DNA of 60,617 nt from an uncultured Candidatus Saccharibacteria bacterium (GTDB lineage Bacteria > Patescibacteriota > Minisyncoccia > Phycocordibacterales > PALSA-1337): positions 144,775-205,391 of the forward strand of contig CAYHNH010000001.1 of the NCBI GenBank assembly GCA_964358005.1, read 5' to 3'. The notes beneath the pieces are model-generated. The model searched no databases and had not been told where the DNA came from. It saw nothing but the letters and a program-made list of their open reading frames with translations. A program made the position numbers and the translations under genes. The first letter of the stretch is position 1; each line of letters starts with the position of its first letter. Shown here piece after piece: positions 18,801 to 26,450 of this stretch.

Positions 18801-19694
18801 GATACGAATAGGAACTGGAGGATAGAAAGCGGCGAGCTTTCCTCATTCCAAATTCTTTATAACTATCGTTCTGGCACTGTCCGCACTGGAGAATATTCAG
18901 TCGGTGCAGGTGTATATGTACCTGGACCGGGGACGCGCACCGGGGCGACTCATTCGGGTGATTCTAACAGGGATTGGAACATCTCCCTTTTTGAATTGAC
19001 CCGCGTCATCGAACTCTCGAATACTGCCGGCGGCTACAAGGTCCAGGCAGGCACTGAGGATGGCTTTGCTCCGGTGACGTCAACTGCAGCTTGTACTGAC
19101 TCCGATGGCGGGCAGAATCCCAATATCGCCGGTCTCACCGACGGCCGCGTGAACGGCATCGGATCATATTTCAACGACTCCTCAGTCGGGTCTAACGGCG
19201 GAGCATGTTCCGGCGATTCTTGCACAGGCGTCGCCGAGGGATATTGTTCGAATGGGGCAGTCGCCAACATCGTCATGCAATGTTCAACAGGCTATTCTGT
19301 GAGTGGCGCTTGTGCGAACAAGGTCATAAGCGTCAATCCGATCGAGTCTCAGCTTAGCGTCAGCTCTACTTGCGTAGCTCCGGGAACTCCGATAAGCGTG
19401 ACTGCCTGGGTTCAGGGTGATGGCATCACTTCAAAGATCCTTGAAAAAGATACGAATTCGGATGGAGTCTTCGGCGAAGCTGCTTCTTGGGGGAGCGGAC
19501 CCGGTACCCACTACTTCACAAGCAACGAAAGCGCGGATTATAAAGGCACGTATAGCTTGAGATTCTTGATAAATGGCCAGGTCAGAAATGCGGCCAGGGT
19601 CAGTGTCTCTGATGGATGCAGTTCGAGCGATACGTCTCTCAATGCCGCCATCTGGGATGCTATAAATGAATACTTAAGGAGCAATCCTCAATAA
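15825..19694 (+). CDS. Large mosaic surface protein (PG-binding, two dockerin/EF-hand-like domains, Ig-like domains, two CTDSDGG Cys repeats)
   Basis: Signal peptide; LSLGSRGSDVVALQNFL; HSADxNxDWxI..EL..RVIEL..TEDGFAP x2; SPNGHE; CTDSDGG x2. Confidence 0.8.
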   Translation: MKNHSIYVVATYALLILASPLIVSSVANAQAVNCPAGYVCTLINSASPNFNTPQSQGFFNAPGSSSTGAPNYTYTQPQTNSSVPAASVSPVSPCYFYSNNLSLGSRGSDVVALQNFLISKGYQLYGATGYFGSQTAAALQSYQATNGINEGGYFGPITRAKLNSSCSVEMPTPQFPWRITHSADLNQDWKIDANELNTFQILYGYRSGTVRTGEYSVSPNVGRDGNIYVAGPGTQTGRTHSGDSNRDWRISLNELTRVIELSNATGGYRIQTGTEDGFAPISTVSNVSLSVVPIGTPTITRANVSAGWSSYETFQYTAQFNAQMTAVGADAFVGLPGANFPAVSSGSFSIYKNGAIDYSNYNATVSYSQPSDTATEPNYSSTFVIRQNQTVTVPITISFTVNSPGANTFGVRLNQINWSNSGGKAGTDLSGSGWSTPYVGGPQVGAPYITSVTASQASTGVVTLNVVGSRLNGGTLNRDEVVYIDGQTAYVGIISQSTDGTSLSFSLSSLSAGSHTLKIVNSSGPNVGTSNVVSFSLFANSAASLDITQYKDGVSTSAQAGSNVYVLGVKLTAGAQGFNTSGFQVSADNSSILSNVRLIDGNSVYYPRGQQGINTYDFYFSGSIPAYGNKVYLMKADIPATASGRTRFTLNGLYHSYGSSGTVGGSFFGIASPDFTVSGPNVGSSADIKANGSDSPVAIANGSNAQVSWTSVNTTYCTAAGSTVSLVGGGTWGNNGRLGTSGSVYVTTPASGSSVYFDIQCYKSDGTSVTDRVYLPLAGTSVAQPTVTVLSPNGHETYRVGDTITLRWSTANVPANTSVMFQLSYFLSGGTSRMEDGMMTSYPSATAGTVQWTIPARYGSGYEPGGFRVRAVLTGPNIPSSNPPQDYSDQSFMISSSVPTTSCTDSDGGQNPNVAGLTDGRVNGIGSYFNDSSVGSNGGACSGDSCTGVAEGYCSNGAVTNIVMQCSSGYSVNGACATRTNYPPEVTQFHSADTNRNWRIESGELSSFQILYNYRSGTVRTGEYSVGAGVYVPGPGTRTGATHSGDSNRDWNISLFELTRVIELSNTAGGYKVQAGTEDGFAPVTSTAACTDSDGGQNPNIAGLTDGRVNGIGSYFNDSSVGSNGGACSGDSCTGVAEGYCSNGAVANIVMQCSTGYSVSGACANKVISVNPIESQLSVSSTCVAPGTPISVTAWVQGDGITSKILEKDTNSDGVFGEAASWGSGPGTHYFTSNESADYKGTYSLRFLINGQVRNAARVSVSDGCSSSDTSLNAAIWDAINEYLRSNPQ
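18591..19262 (+). repeat. Exact 111-bp direct repeat (18591-18701 and 19152-19262) inside longer diverged repeats
   Basis: aacggcatcggatca...gaatggggcagtc identical in both copies, offset 561 nt. Confidence 0.9.
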
Positions 19695-19711
19695 TTAGGC
19701 CATTTTCAAGC

Positions 19712-19738
19712 AAAACCCCCGCTAGAGCGGGGTTTTTT
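19712..19738 (+). terminator. Terminator
   Basis: aaaacccccgct-ag-agcggggtttttt. Confidence 0.75.
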
Positions 19739-19809
19739 GTTTGGAAAGTACTATAATGTGCGTACGTCTACTTTGTTAGGGGACCTTTATTTGTTAATCA
19801 TTCAATATT

Positions 19810-21600
19810 ATGAAAAAAACCATAGCATTGCTCGCTTTTGCTCTCCTTATCGGCTTTCAGGCTGCCGATGCTCAAAATTACTCGTTCTCGAGCAACATGA
19901 CTCTGGGGTCTAGGGGTCAGGAAGTAGTGAATATCCAATCCTTACTCATATCGAAGGGATATGACATACCAGCGATCAGTTCTGGCGCAGCTCAGAAGGG
20001 CTATTTCGGTCAGCAGACGCGCGAGGCCTTGGCTCGCTACCAGCAAGCGAACGGGATCCCGGGAACCGGCTTCTTCGGACCGCTCACTCGCTCCAAGATA
20101 AATCCTGACGGTGGTGCGGGCGGTGGTGGTATGATAGGCGGCGCTGGAACAGGCGACACGGGAAGCGGCAATGTGAACATAAGACCGGTGACAGTTCTTG
20201 CTCCGAATGGAGGAGAGGTACTCCAATTGGGCACCAGCTACAATGTCATGTGGAGGACGACGGCAGTATCATCCGCGCCGAGCGTGTCGATATACGTCGT
20301 GACCAATCATTGCCCGACAGGCTCGCAGGTCTGTCCGGCGGTGATGGATTCTAATTTTACTATCGCATCGAATATCCAGAATTCCGGTTCGTACACCTGG
20401 AATGTCGGTTCGTCCCTGAGCGTACAATACGGGGACCGCATCACCGAGGGAAGATATTATTTGATCGTATGCAAAGGAACAGAACAACCCCGCTCTGCTG
20501 GTTGTGACTCTAGCGATCAGACCTTCAGCATAAGCGCGGTGGGTGGGGGCATATCTCCGCTCACTCTGATCTCCCCGAACGGCGGTGAGACATGGCAGCG
20601 GGGGACTCTGCAGAGCATAACCTGGTCCTCACCGGCTTATTTCCGGCCAGCGTACGCTGATATAAGGCTCATGACATATTACCCTCCATGCACCGGAAAT
20701 GTTTGCCCTATGTATTCAGAACGAGCGCCCTTCGATATAGCAAAAGGAGTGAGCATCAGCAGCAACAATTACACTTGGCAGGTAGGTAGCGTCATCGCTG
20801 ATTATGGCTCCGGAGTTACCGATGGAATGTACCAGATACAGATCTGTGAGACAGGGTCTTCGGCTTGTGATTCTAGCAATGCGCCGTTCACGATAAGCGG
20901 AGGCGGCGTCACGCCGGTTCCCGGACCGGCCCCAGTCATCCATGGTCTTGATGCTCCAACCACCTTGGCTGTCGGTCAGACTGGAACTTGGACAGTGCGT
21001 GCTTCCGATCCGCAGGGCGGAGTCCTTAGCTACTCTGTAGTCTGGGGCGATGAGCCTGTCTACTACATGGCGCAGTCCACTGCTTCCGCAGGCGGACAGT
21101 TCGTGCAGGCGACGACATTCACGCACGCATACGCGACTACTGGTAATTATTCACCTATATTCACAGTCAAGAATTCAGCGGGTGTGACCCGAGAGACACG
21201 AGCTTCCGTGCAGGTCGGCTTGCAGCAGAACCCGTCCGGGGTCACCCTCGTAAGCCCGAATGGCGGCGAGGTTTGGAGGCGCGGCACCCAGCAGAACATA
21301 ACCTGGTCAGGCTTTGTTCCTGGTTATAATGTGAGCAGTGGGTCAGTCCGCATCACTATGGCTTTCCGATGCCCTCCTACCAATGGATTTTGCACAGCGC
21401 AAGCTCACCCGACCTACATAGTCCAAAACAGCGCTACGAATAGCGGCTCCTCGGCGTGGCAGGTAGGCAGTGTTACGATCGACGGCTACACTGCCACGAG
21501 CGCCCCGATCGGCAGCTATCTCATGACCGTGTGCCGATATGACGGCGGCGCCCAGACCACCTGTGACACCAGCGATGCGCTGTTCACGATCACTGACTAG
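19810..21600 (+). CDS. Secreted protein: PG-binding, three SPNGGE (Kre9-like) domains, PKD-like domain
   Basis: Signal peptide; TLGSRGQEV..GYFG; PNGGE x3 with CDSS; WTVRASDP..VWGD..FTHAY. Confidence 0.8.
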   Translation: MKKTIALLAFALLIGFQAADAQNYSFSSNMTLGSRGQEVVNIQSLLISKGYDIPAISSGAAQKGYFGQQTREALARYQQANGIPGTGFFGPLTRSKINPDGGAGGGGMIGGAGTGDTGSGNVNIRPVTVLAPNGGEVLQLGTSYNVMWRTTAVSSAPSVSIYVVTNHCPTGSQVCPAVMDSNFTIASNIQNSGSYTWNVGSSLSVQYGDRITEGRYYLIVCKGTEQPRSAGCDSSDQTFSISAVGGGISPLTLISPNGGETWQRGTLQSITWSSPAYFRPAYADIRLMTYYPPCTGNVCPMYSERAPFDIAKGVSISSNNYTWQVGSVIADYGSGVTDGMYQIQICETGSSACDSSNAPFTISGGGVTPVPGPAPVIHGLDAPTTLAVGQTGTWTVRASDPQGGVLSYSVVWGDEPVYYMAQSTASAGGQFVQATTFTHAYATTGNYSPIFTVKNSAGVTRETRASVQVGLQQNPSGVTLVSPNGGEVWRRGTQQNITWSGFVPGYNVSSGSVRITMAFRCPPTNGFCTAQAHPTYIVQNSATNSGSSAWQVGSVTIDGYTATSAPIGSYLMTVCRYDGGAQTTCDTSDALFTITD

Positions 21601-21602
21601 GC

Positions 21603-21775
21603 TTGCCAAATCCACAACAATTGATATCATTGTCCATATGAGATTATCGGCAACATATATGAAGCACTTCTGGAACCTTAAGGCGAATGCCGGAGGTGTT
21701 TCTTCTATGAATAGATAATCGTCCTAATTATTTAGAATCATGAAGACCTCCGGCTCTCCGGAGGTTTTTCTTTTA
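21603..21775 (+). promoter_or_regulatory. Transcription attenuator (mutually exclusive 1:2, 2:3, 3:4 pairings)
   Basis: seg1 gaagcacttctgg 21661-73; seg2 ccggaggtgtttc 21690-702; seg3 gaagacctccgg 21742-53; seg4 ccggaggtttttc 21758-70 plus T tract. Confidence 0.75.
21638..21718 (+). CDS. Attenuator leader peptide MRLSATYMKHFWNLKANAGGVSSMNR (26 aa)
   Basis: ATG 7 nt after TTGCCA-N16-TATCAT; overlaps attenuator segments 1 and 2. Confidence 0.6.
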   Translation: MRLSATYMKHFWNLKANAGGVSSMNR

Positions 21776-21790
21776 TCAGGGAACACGAAC

Positions 21791-21931
21791 ATGGAATCAA
21801 TTTCAAACACAACTAGGAACATGACGATTGCGCCGACGCTCCTTAAGCGAGCGTTCTGGCTTACTTATTATAAGGGGGCTTTTATGCACCTTATTTTTCC
21901 GAATATTCGGATTCTGGCCAGAGGGGATTGA
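21791..21931 (+). CDS. Second upstream ORF (46 aa, contains FWLTYY), possible second leader peptide
   Basis: Open frame just after the terminator; followed by an 11-bp IR at 21943-21987. Confidence 0.35.
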   Translation: MESISNTTRNMTIAPTLLKRAFWLTYYKGAFMHLIFPNIRILARGD

Positions 21932-22014
21932 TCCAAGACTTTCTAACCAGCATCTGAATCTATCGATTCGGAATGTATGCTGGTTAGTTCTTCAAAACCT
22001 AGTTCAAAACTCAT

Positions 22015-23022
22015 ATGAGCTCATACTACCTAAATCGGACGGGTTCTATCCCGCTCCAGCTTCAAGAACGCCGCCGTATCTCTCCCCAAGTCAGGTCTGC
22101 CGTCGATAGCTTTATCGACGAGACCTATGGTATCGAGGATTTTACGGCGCTTACCCGTTCTTCCATGCCTGAATCCGTGCAGCAGGCGATCGCAGAGGGC
22201 AAAAGCGTGGGTGTCCTGGCCAGACAGATGCCGGGAATCTGTGCGGAAGACATGGCTATGTATATCCTGTGCAAGCGCCTGGGCATGGTCCCTTTCGCCT
22301 GGTCATTTGTCCGCGATACATTCGTGGGTGTGAATCATGACAAGCGCCATCGCGTCAGCATCCCTTGGGTGAAGTGGAGCGCCAAAGGCAACGCCGTCGT
22401 CACTTATGAAGATGTGGCGGCCGGCGGCCTGGCGTCCGCGGAGCGATCCAGGTTGGATGCGATCAAGGTGAAGTCCGGAGGATTCTTGCCTGACTATCAC
22501 TTCGGTCTGCGCCATCAGGTGTTCAACGGCAGTTACCCGACCGGCGATGTCTCGAAATTCTACGGCGAAATCCTGGCTAGGACGACCCGCAATCGCCCCA
22601 CCCAGGTCTATCGCGTGGTAAACGGAAGGGATACGCTGGTCGCTGGCGATTTTACACCCGAAGAGGCTCGTTCCCTCGTGGTGCGCCCGGTGTCTCACTG
22701 GTATTACCCGATCTATCTTTCTATCTTCACGGATGGAAGTCTCGTCCTTCTGGACACTTACGAGAACCCGGACGGGGGAGTGCCGGAGGCCAAGGTCCTA
22801 TTCGAGAAGACCATTGCGGGCCTCGATGAATCGGGATTAGGCTGGGCGCCGCTAGTCATCCAGACGGCGCCATTGTGCCTCGATATGATGTTTTGCAACA
22901 GGCACATCCTCGAAACGCCTGGAGCGGCTGAAAAACTACTGTCCAGTTCGCGTTTGTGGCATGTGAGCACGTTCGATGCTGCTCGCCATTTCGCTGATCA
23001 GGCGGTGATGTTCAAGGGGTGA
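22015..23022 (+). CDS. Hypothetical cytoplasmic enzyme-like protein
   Basis: 335-aa ORF with motif-like blocks LARQMP..ED, RDTF..N.DK, LPDYH, WYYPIYLS. Confidence 0.7.
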   Translation: MSSYYLNRTGSIPLQLQERRRISPQVRSAVDSFIDETYGIEDFTALTRSSMPESVQQAIAEGKSVGVLARQMPGICAEDMAMYILCKRLGMVPFAWSFVRDTFVGVNHDKRHRVSIPWVKWSAKGNAVVTYEDVAAGGLASAERSRLDAIKVKSGGFLPDYHFGLRHQVFNGSYPTGDVSKFYGEILARTTRNRPTQVYRVVNGRDTLVAGDFTPEEARSLVVRPVSHWYYPIYLSIFTDGSLVLLDTYENPDGGVPEAKVLFEKTIAGLDESGLGWAPLVIQTAPLCLDMMFCNRHILETPGAAEKLLSSSRLWHVSTFDAARHFADQAVMFKG

Positions 23023-23146
23023 GTAGGTTTCCGTGTGATTGTGTGAGGCGGTTGGATCCACATCTTTCCGCCCACACATTTTTGTGAATCGTCCAGTAAC
23101 GATTTTGTTAAATTATCAGACAGTGTGGGAGTATTAATTAAAAGCT

Positions 23147-24100
23147 ATGAAAAACAAAATGTTTAAAACCATAAGGATGCTGACGAGACTGGGAACTCGG
23201 CAGGGAAAAATGGCTGACAAAGCCCTCGGTTATTTGTGTAGGACCTTACGAGCCAGTAAAGTCGATTTTGTGATCGAGAGCTTTTCTACCTGCATACCGA
23301 TGTTTAAAAAGGCTGAGCTTGTGATCGATGAAAAGAGAATTGGATGTGTCGGCTGTGGCCTGACTAGCGGTCGGATACCTACGACCAGTACTGCCAGCTC
23401 GCTCGTGTCTTCAAGGCTTATGATCGATACGCCGGTCATCTATTGCAATGCAAAATGCCCGGTTCCCTCGCCGACAAACTTTTCATTTGCCCCTGCGATC
23501 GGGGTGTCACCAGCTATTTTGAAACGCTTGGTATCTGCGAAATCGTCCAGAGCATCGCTTGTGGTCAAAAAACAGAAAACCATAGGCCACTACCTGTTGG
23601 TTGGAAATATGAAAGACCCGAAGACCCTAGTGTTCAGTCACTATGATTCTCTTGGGCCGGGAGCGGTAGATAATGCCAGTGGGACTGCTATTGCATTAAG
23701 TGCCGCGGCCGAGCTTAACCGTAAAGGCGACCTCGGCTCGACCCTATTCGTTTTCGATGGTAACGAAGAGGTTTCCTACGATTATCCAACTTATTGGGGT
23801 CACGGTTATAGGGAATTTGAGAAGAGATACTCCAAGCTGCTAAAAAAAGCCGAGCGGATCATCGTTGCTGACTGCGTAGGGCAGGGGAAGAGCGCTTTTA
23901 TCAAGGACCCGCATATCGTAAATTTGGCTTTTCCGTTGAAAGGTATCCATGACCTGAAAGGCAAAATCTCCATATTAAGCGGAAATTTCGAGAAACTGAT
24001 GGCAGTTTATCATTCCGAGTTGGACCTATCGACGCAGATTTCTGGGGTTGATCTTGAACGAGCAAGAAAATTGCTCGTTAGGGCCTGTTCTGGGCGATAA
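23147..24100 (+). CDS. M28-family Zn peptidase
   Basis: SHYDS, GAVDNASG, GNEE, D, YHS..D ligands. Confidence 0.85.
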   Translation: MKNKMFKTIRMLTRLGTRQGKMADKALGYLCRTLRASKVDFVIESFSTCIPMFKKAELVIDEKRIGCVGCGLTSGRIPTTSTASSLVSSRLMIDTPVIYCNAKCPVPSPTNFSFAPAIGVSPAILKRLVSAKSSRASLVVKKQKTIGHYLLVGNMKDPKTLVFSHYDSLGPGAVDNASGTAIALSAAAELNRKGDLGSTLFVFDGNEEVSYDYPTYWGHGYREFEKRYSKLLKKAERIIVADCVGQGKSAFIKDPHIVNLAFPLKGIHDLKGKISILSGNFEKLMAVYHSELDLSTQISGVDLERARKLLVRACSGR

Positions 24101-24157
24101 AAACATCGTATCACCTCATGCACGACCCGAGCCCATGCTACAATCTAAGGCGACAAC

Positions 24158-24517
24158 ATGCAGCACCAGGAACAAATAAAGCCTGAAAACGAAATCCTCG
24201 CAGAGAACCTCGGCGTGCTGGCTGATGCTTTTGTGCGCGAAGTCGATGCGGGCAGATACGGAAGCGATATGGACAATCAGGTAACTAGGCTCGCATATGC
24301 AATGAGGGAAACCATCACGGATTTTTCAGAGGAGATCGATGGCCGCAGGGTTGTCACTGACCTCGACAAATTCCAAGCCGATATTGCGGGTATGAGGGAA
24401 ACTGTTCTTGGGCAGTATCCTCCAGTATTGAAACCGACTATAGAAAAGATGTTCAGCAAAGTCATGATTGTAGCCACATCGGCTGAGAATGCTGGTGTTG
24501 AGGCCGAGGCGGCCTAA
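24158..24517 (+). CDS. Hypothetical acidic helical protein
   Basis: 119-aa ORF preceded by tgcTACAAT. Confidence 0.6.
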   Translation: MQHQEQIKPENEILAENLGVLADAFVREVDAGRYGSDMDNQVTRLAYAMRETITDFSEEIDGRRVVTDLDKFQADIAGMRETVLGQYPPVLKPTIEKMFSKVMIVATSAENAGVEAEAA

Positions 24518-24610
24518 AATTTGCGCTCCTTTTGACCTTGTGTTAAGCTAGTTTTTACGCGCCCCTGTGATACTTTTTGGGCGATTTATTAATTAGCATT
24601 AACAATTTAT

Positions 24611-24658
24611 CTTTGGCTCTCGCTGTCTGGCATCACGCCTAGACAATGCGAGCCAAAG
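24611..24658 (+). promoter_or_regulatory. Long hairpin in the tuf 5' leader
   Basis: ctttggc..tcgc.tgtct.ggc-atcac-gcc.agaca.gcga.gccaaag. Confidence 0.5.
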
Positions 24659-24676
24659 CACTAAATCAATAATCAT

Positions 24677-25864
24677 ATGGCAGCAGAATTCAACCGTACA
24701 AAGCCGCACGTCAACGTGGGAACCATCGGTCACATCGACCACGGAAAGTCCACTTTGACCGCAGCTATCGTGGCCGTCCAGGCCAAGAAGGGCATGGCGA
24801 CCGCAAAAGCCTACGCCGAGATTACCAAGGGTGGTACTGTCCGCGATGCAACGAAGACCGTCACTATCTCACTCTCGCACGTCGAGTATGAGAGCCCTCT
24901 CCGCCACTACGCTCACATCGATGCTCCTGGCCACGCTGACTATATAAAGAACATGATCACCGGCGCCGCCCAGATGGACGGAGCTATCCTCGTCGTGTCT
25001 GCTCTCGACGGTGTCATGCCTCAGACCCGCGAACATATCCTCCTGGCCCGTCAGGTCGGTGTGCCTCAGGTGCTCGTATTTTTGAATAAGTGCGATGCAG
25101 TCGAGGAAAAGGACCTTATTGACCTCGTCGAGGAGGAAGTGCGTGAACTCCTCACGAAGTACCAGTTCGATGGCAAGAATGCCCCGGTTATCCGCGGCTC
25201 TGCCCTCAAGGCTCTCGAAGGCGATCCTGTTTGGACCGCTAAGATTGATGAGCTCTTGAACGCCCTTGATACCTATATCCCAGAGCCTGTCCGCGAGAAG
25301 GACAAGCCGTTCCTCATGCCTATTGAGGACATCTTCTCTATCGAAGGTCGTGGAACCGTGGTCACTGGCCGTATCGAGCGCGGCACGATCAAGGTCGGAG
25401 AGGAAGTCGAGATCGTAGGATTCCGCGATACGGTCAAGACGACCATCACCGGCATCGAGATGTTCAACAAGTCTCTCAAGGAGGGTATCGCTGGCGACAA
25501 CGCAGGACTCTTGCTCCGTGGCACAGCCAAGGACGACGTGTCTCGCGGCCAGGTGCTCGCAAAGACCGGTTCGGTCAAGCCTCACACAGAATTCGAGGCA
25601 GAAGTCTACGTTCTCAAGAAAGAAGAGGGAGGCCGTCATACGCCGTTCTTCACTGGATATAAGCCTCAGTTCTATATCCGCACGACGGACGTCACTGGTG
25701 AAGTGACTCTGGCCGAAAAGGTAGAGATGGTCATGCCTGGAGACACAGTCACCTTCAAGGTGAAGCTCGTGGCCCCGGTAGCCCTCGAAGCCCAGATGCG
25801 TTTCGCTGTCCGCGAGGGTGGCAAGACTGTCGGTTCCGGCGTCGTAACGAAGGTGGTTGCTTAA
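24677..25864 (+). CDS. tuf: Elongation factor Tu (atypical switch-I region)
   Basis: [35 protein letters not shown]. Confidence 0.99.
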   Translation: MAAEFNRTKPHVNVGTIGHIDHGKSTLTAAIVAVQAKKGMATAKAYAEITKGGTVRDATKTVTISLSHVEYESPLRHYAHIDAPGHADYIKNMITGAAQMDGAILVVSALDGVMPQTREHILLARQVGVPQVLVFLNKCDAVEEKDLIDLVEEEVRELLTKYQFDGKNAPVIRGSALKALEGDPVWTAKIDELLNALDTYIPEPVREKDKPFLMPIEDIFSIEGRGTVVTGRIERGTIKVGEEVEIVGFRDTVKTTITGIEMFNKSLKEGIAGDNAGLLLRGTAKDDVSRGQVLAKTGSVKPHTEFEAEVYVLKKEEGGRHTPFFTGYKPQFYIRTTDVTGEVTLAEKVEMVMPGDTVTFKVKLVAPVALEAQMRFAVREGGKTVGSGVVTKVVA

Positions 25865-25873
25865 TAAATAGTC

Positions 25874-26284
25874 ATGGCGACAGAGAAACACACAACGAAG
25901 AAGGCTGCTTCAAAGTCAGAGGGTGCTAAGCCTCATGTTGCCAAGGCAGCTCGCGCCAAGAAATCTGCGCACGGCGAGACTCCTCACTTGAGGATCCGAG
26001 TCCGAGCCTATGAGCACAAGATATTGGATGCGTCGCTCCGCCAGATCATGGACACGGCCGCGAGATACGATGCCGAGGTCCATGGTCCAGTGCCCCTGCC
26101 GACAGAGATAAAGAAGTACACGGTCAACCGCTCTTCATTCATCGACAAGAATGCCCGTGAGCAGTTCGAGATGAGGGTCCACAAGCGTTTGATCGACATC
26201 GTGAACCCCAATCCGAAGGTCATCGAGGCGTTGACGAACTTGAGCCTGCCGTCAGGCGTGAATATAGATGTGAAGATGATGTAA
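25874..26284 (+). CDS. rpsJ: 30S ribosomal protein S10 (basic N-extension)
   Basis: LRIRVRAYEH, GPVPLPT, REQFEMRVHKRLIDI. Confidence 0.97.
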   Translation: MATEKHTTKKAASKSEGAKPHVAKAARAKKSAHGETPHLRIRVRAYEHKILDASLRQIMDTAARYDAEVHGPVPLPTEIKKYTVNRSSFIDKNAREQFEMRVHKRLIDIVNPNPKVIEALTNLSLPSGVNIDVKMM

Positions 26285-26312
26285 GAGGGTTTGTCAGTCA
26301 GGTTGTTTTACA

Positions 26313-26435
26313 GAATGGTAGCGAATGTATGTTGAAGAACATCTCGCAGGAAATTCCTTGCTAGGAATTTCCGAGATATAGCGCAGGCACTGCAGTGCCT
26401 GACGCGTGTTCTGAAACGTGCATTCGCTACCATTC
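26313..26435. other. Y-shaped nested inverted-repeat element between rpsJ and rplC
   Basis: 21-nt arms gaatggtagcgaatgtatgtt / aacgtgcattcgctaccattc enclosing ggaaattcct-tgct-aggaatttcc and caggcac-tgca-gtgcctg. Confidence 0.8.
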
Positions 26436-26450
26436 GTCAAATTCAATTCA

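Noticed and set aside
18531-19313. Repeat pair as a diversity-generating retroelement TR/VR
   Set aside because: Both copies are in frame within one gene, differences are not adenine-specific, and no reverse transcriptase is in the window
21740-22109. ORF-track entries 21740-21931 (from the first ATG) and 21828-22109 as ordinary protein genes
   Set aside because: The first starts inside the terminator hairpin and the second overlaps the hairpin and the 22015 gene out of frame; the region is better explained as a regulatory leader
24869-25891. 340-aa minus-strand ORF (and similar long ORFs at 35821-36618, 42112-43131, 48447-49376, 59118-59897)
   Set aside because: Antisense shadows of well-conserved genes caused by codon bias; no recognisable motifs
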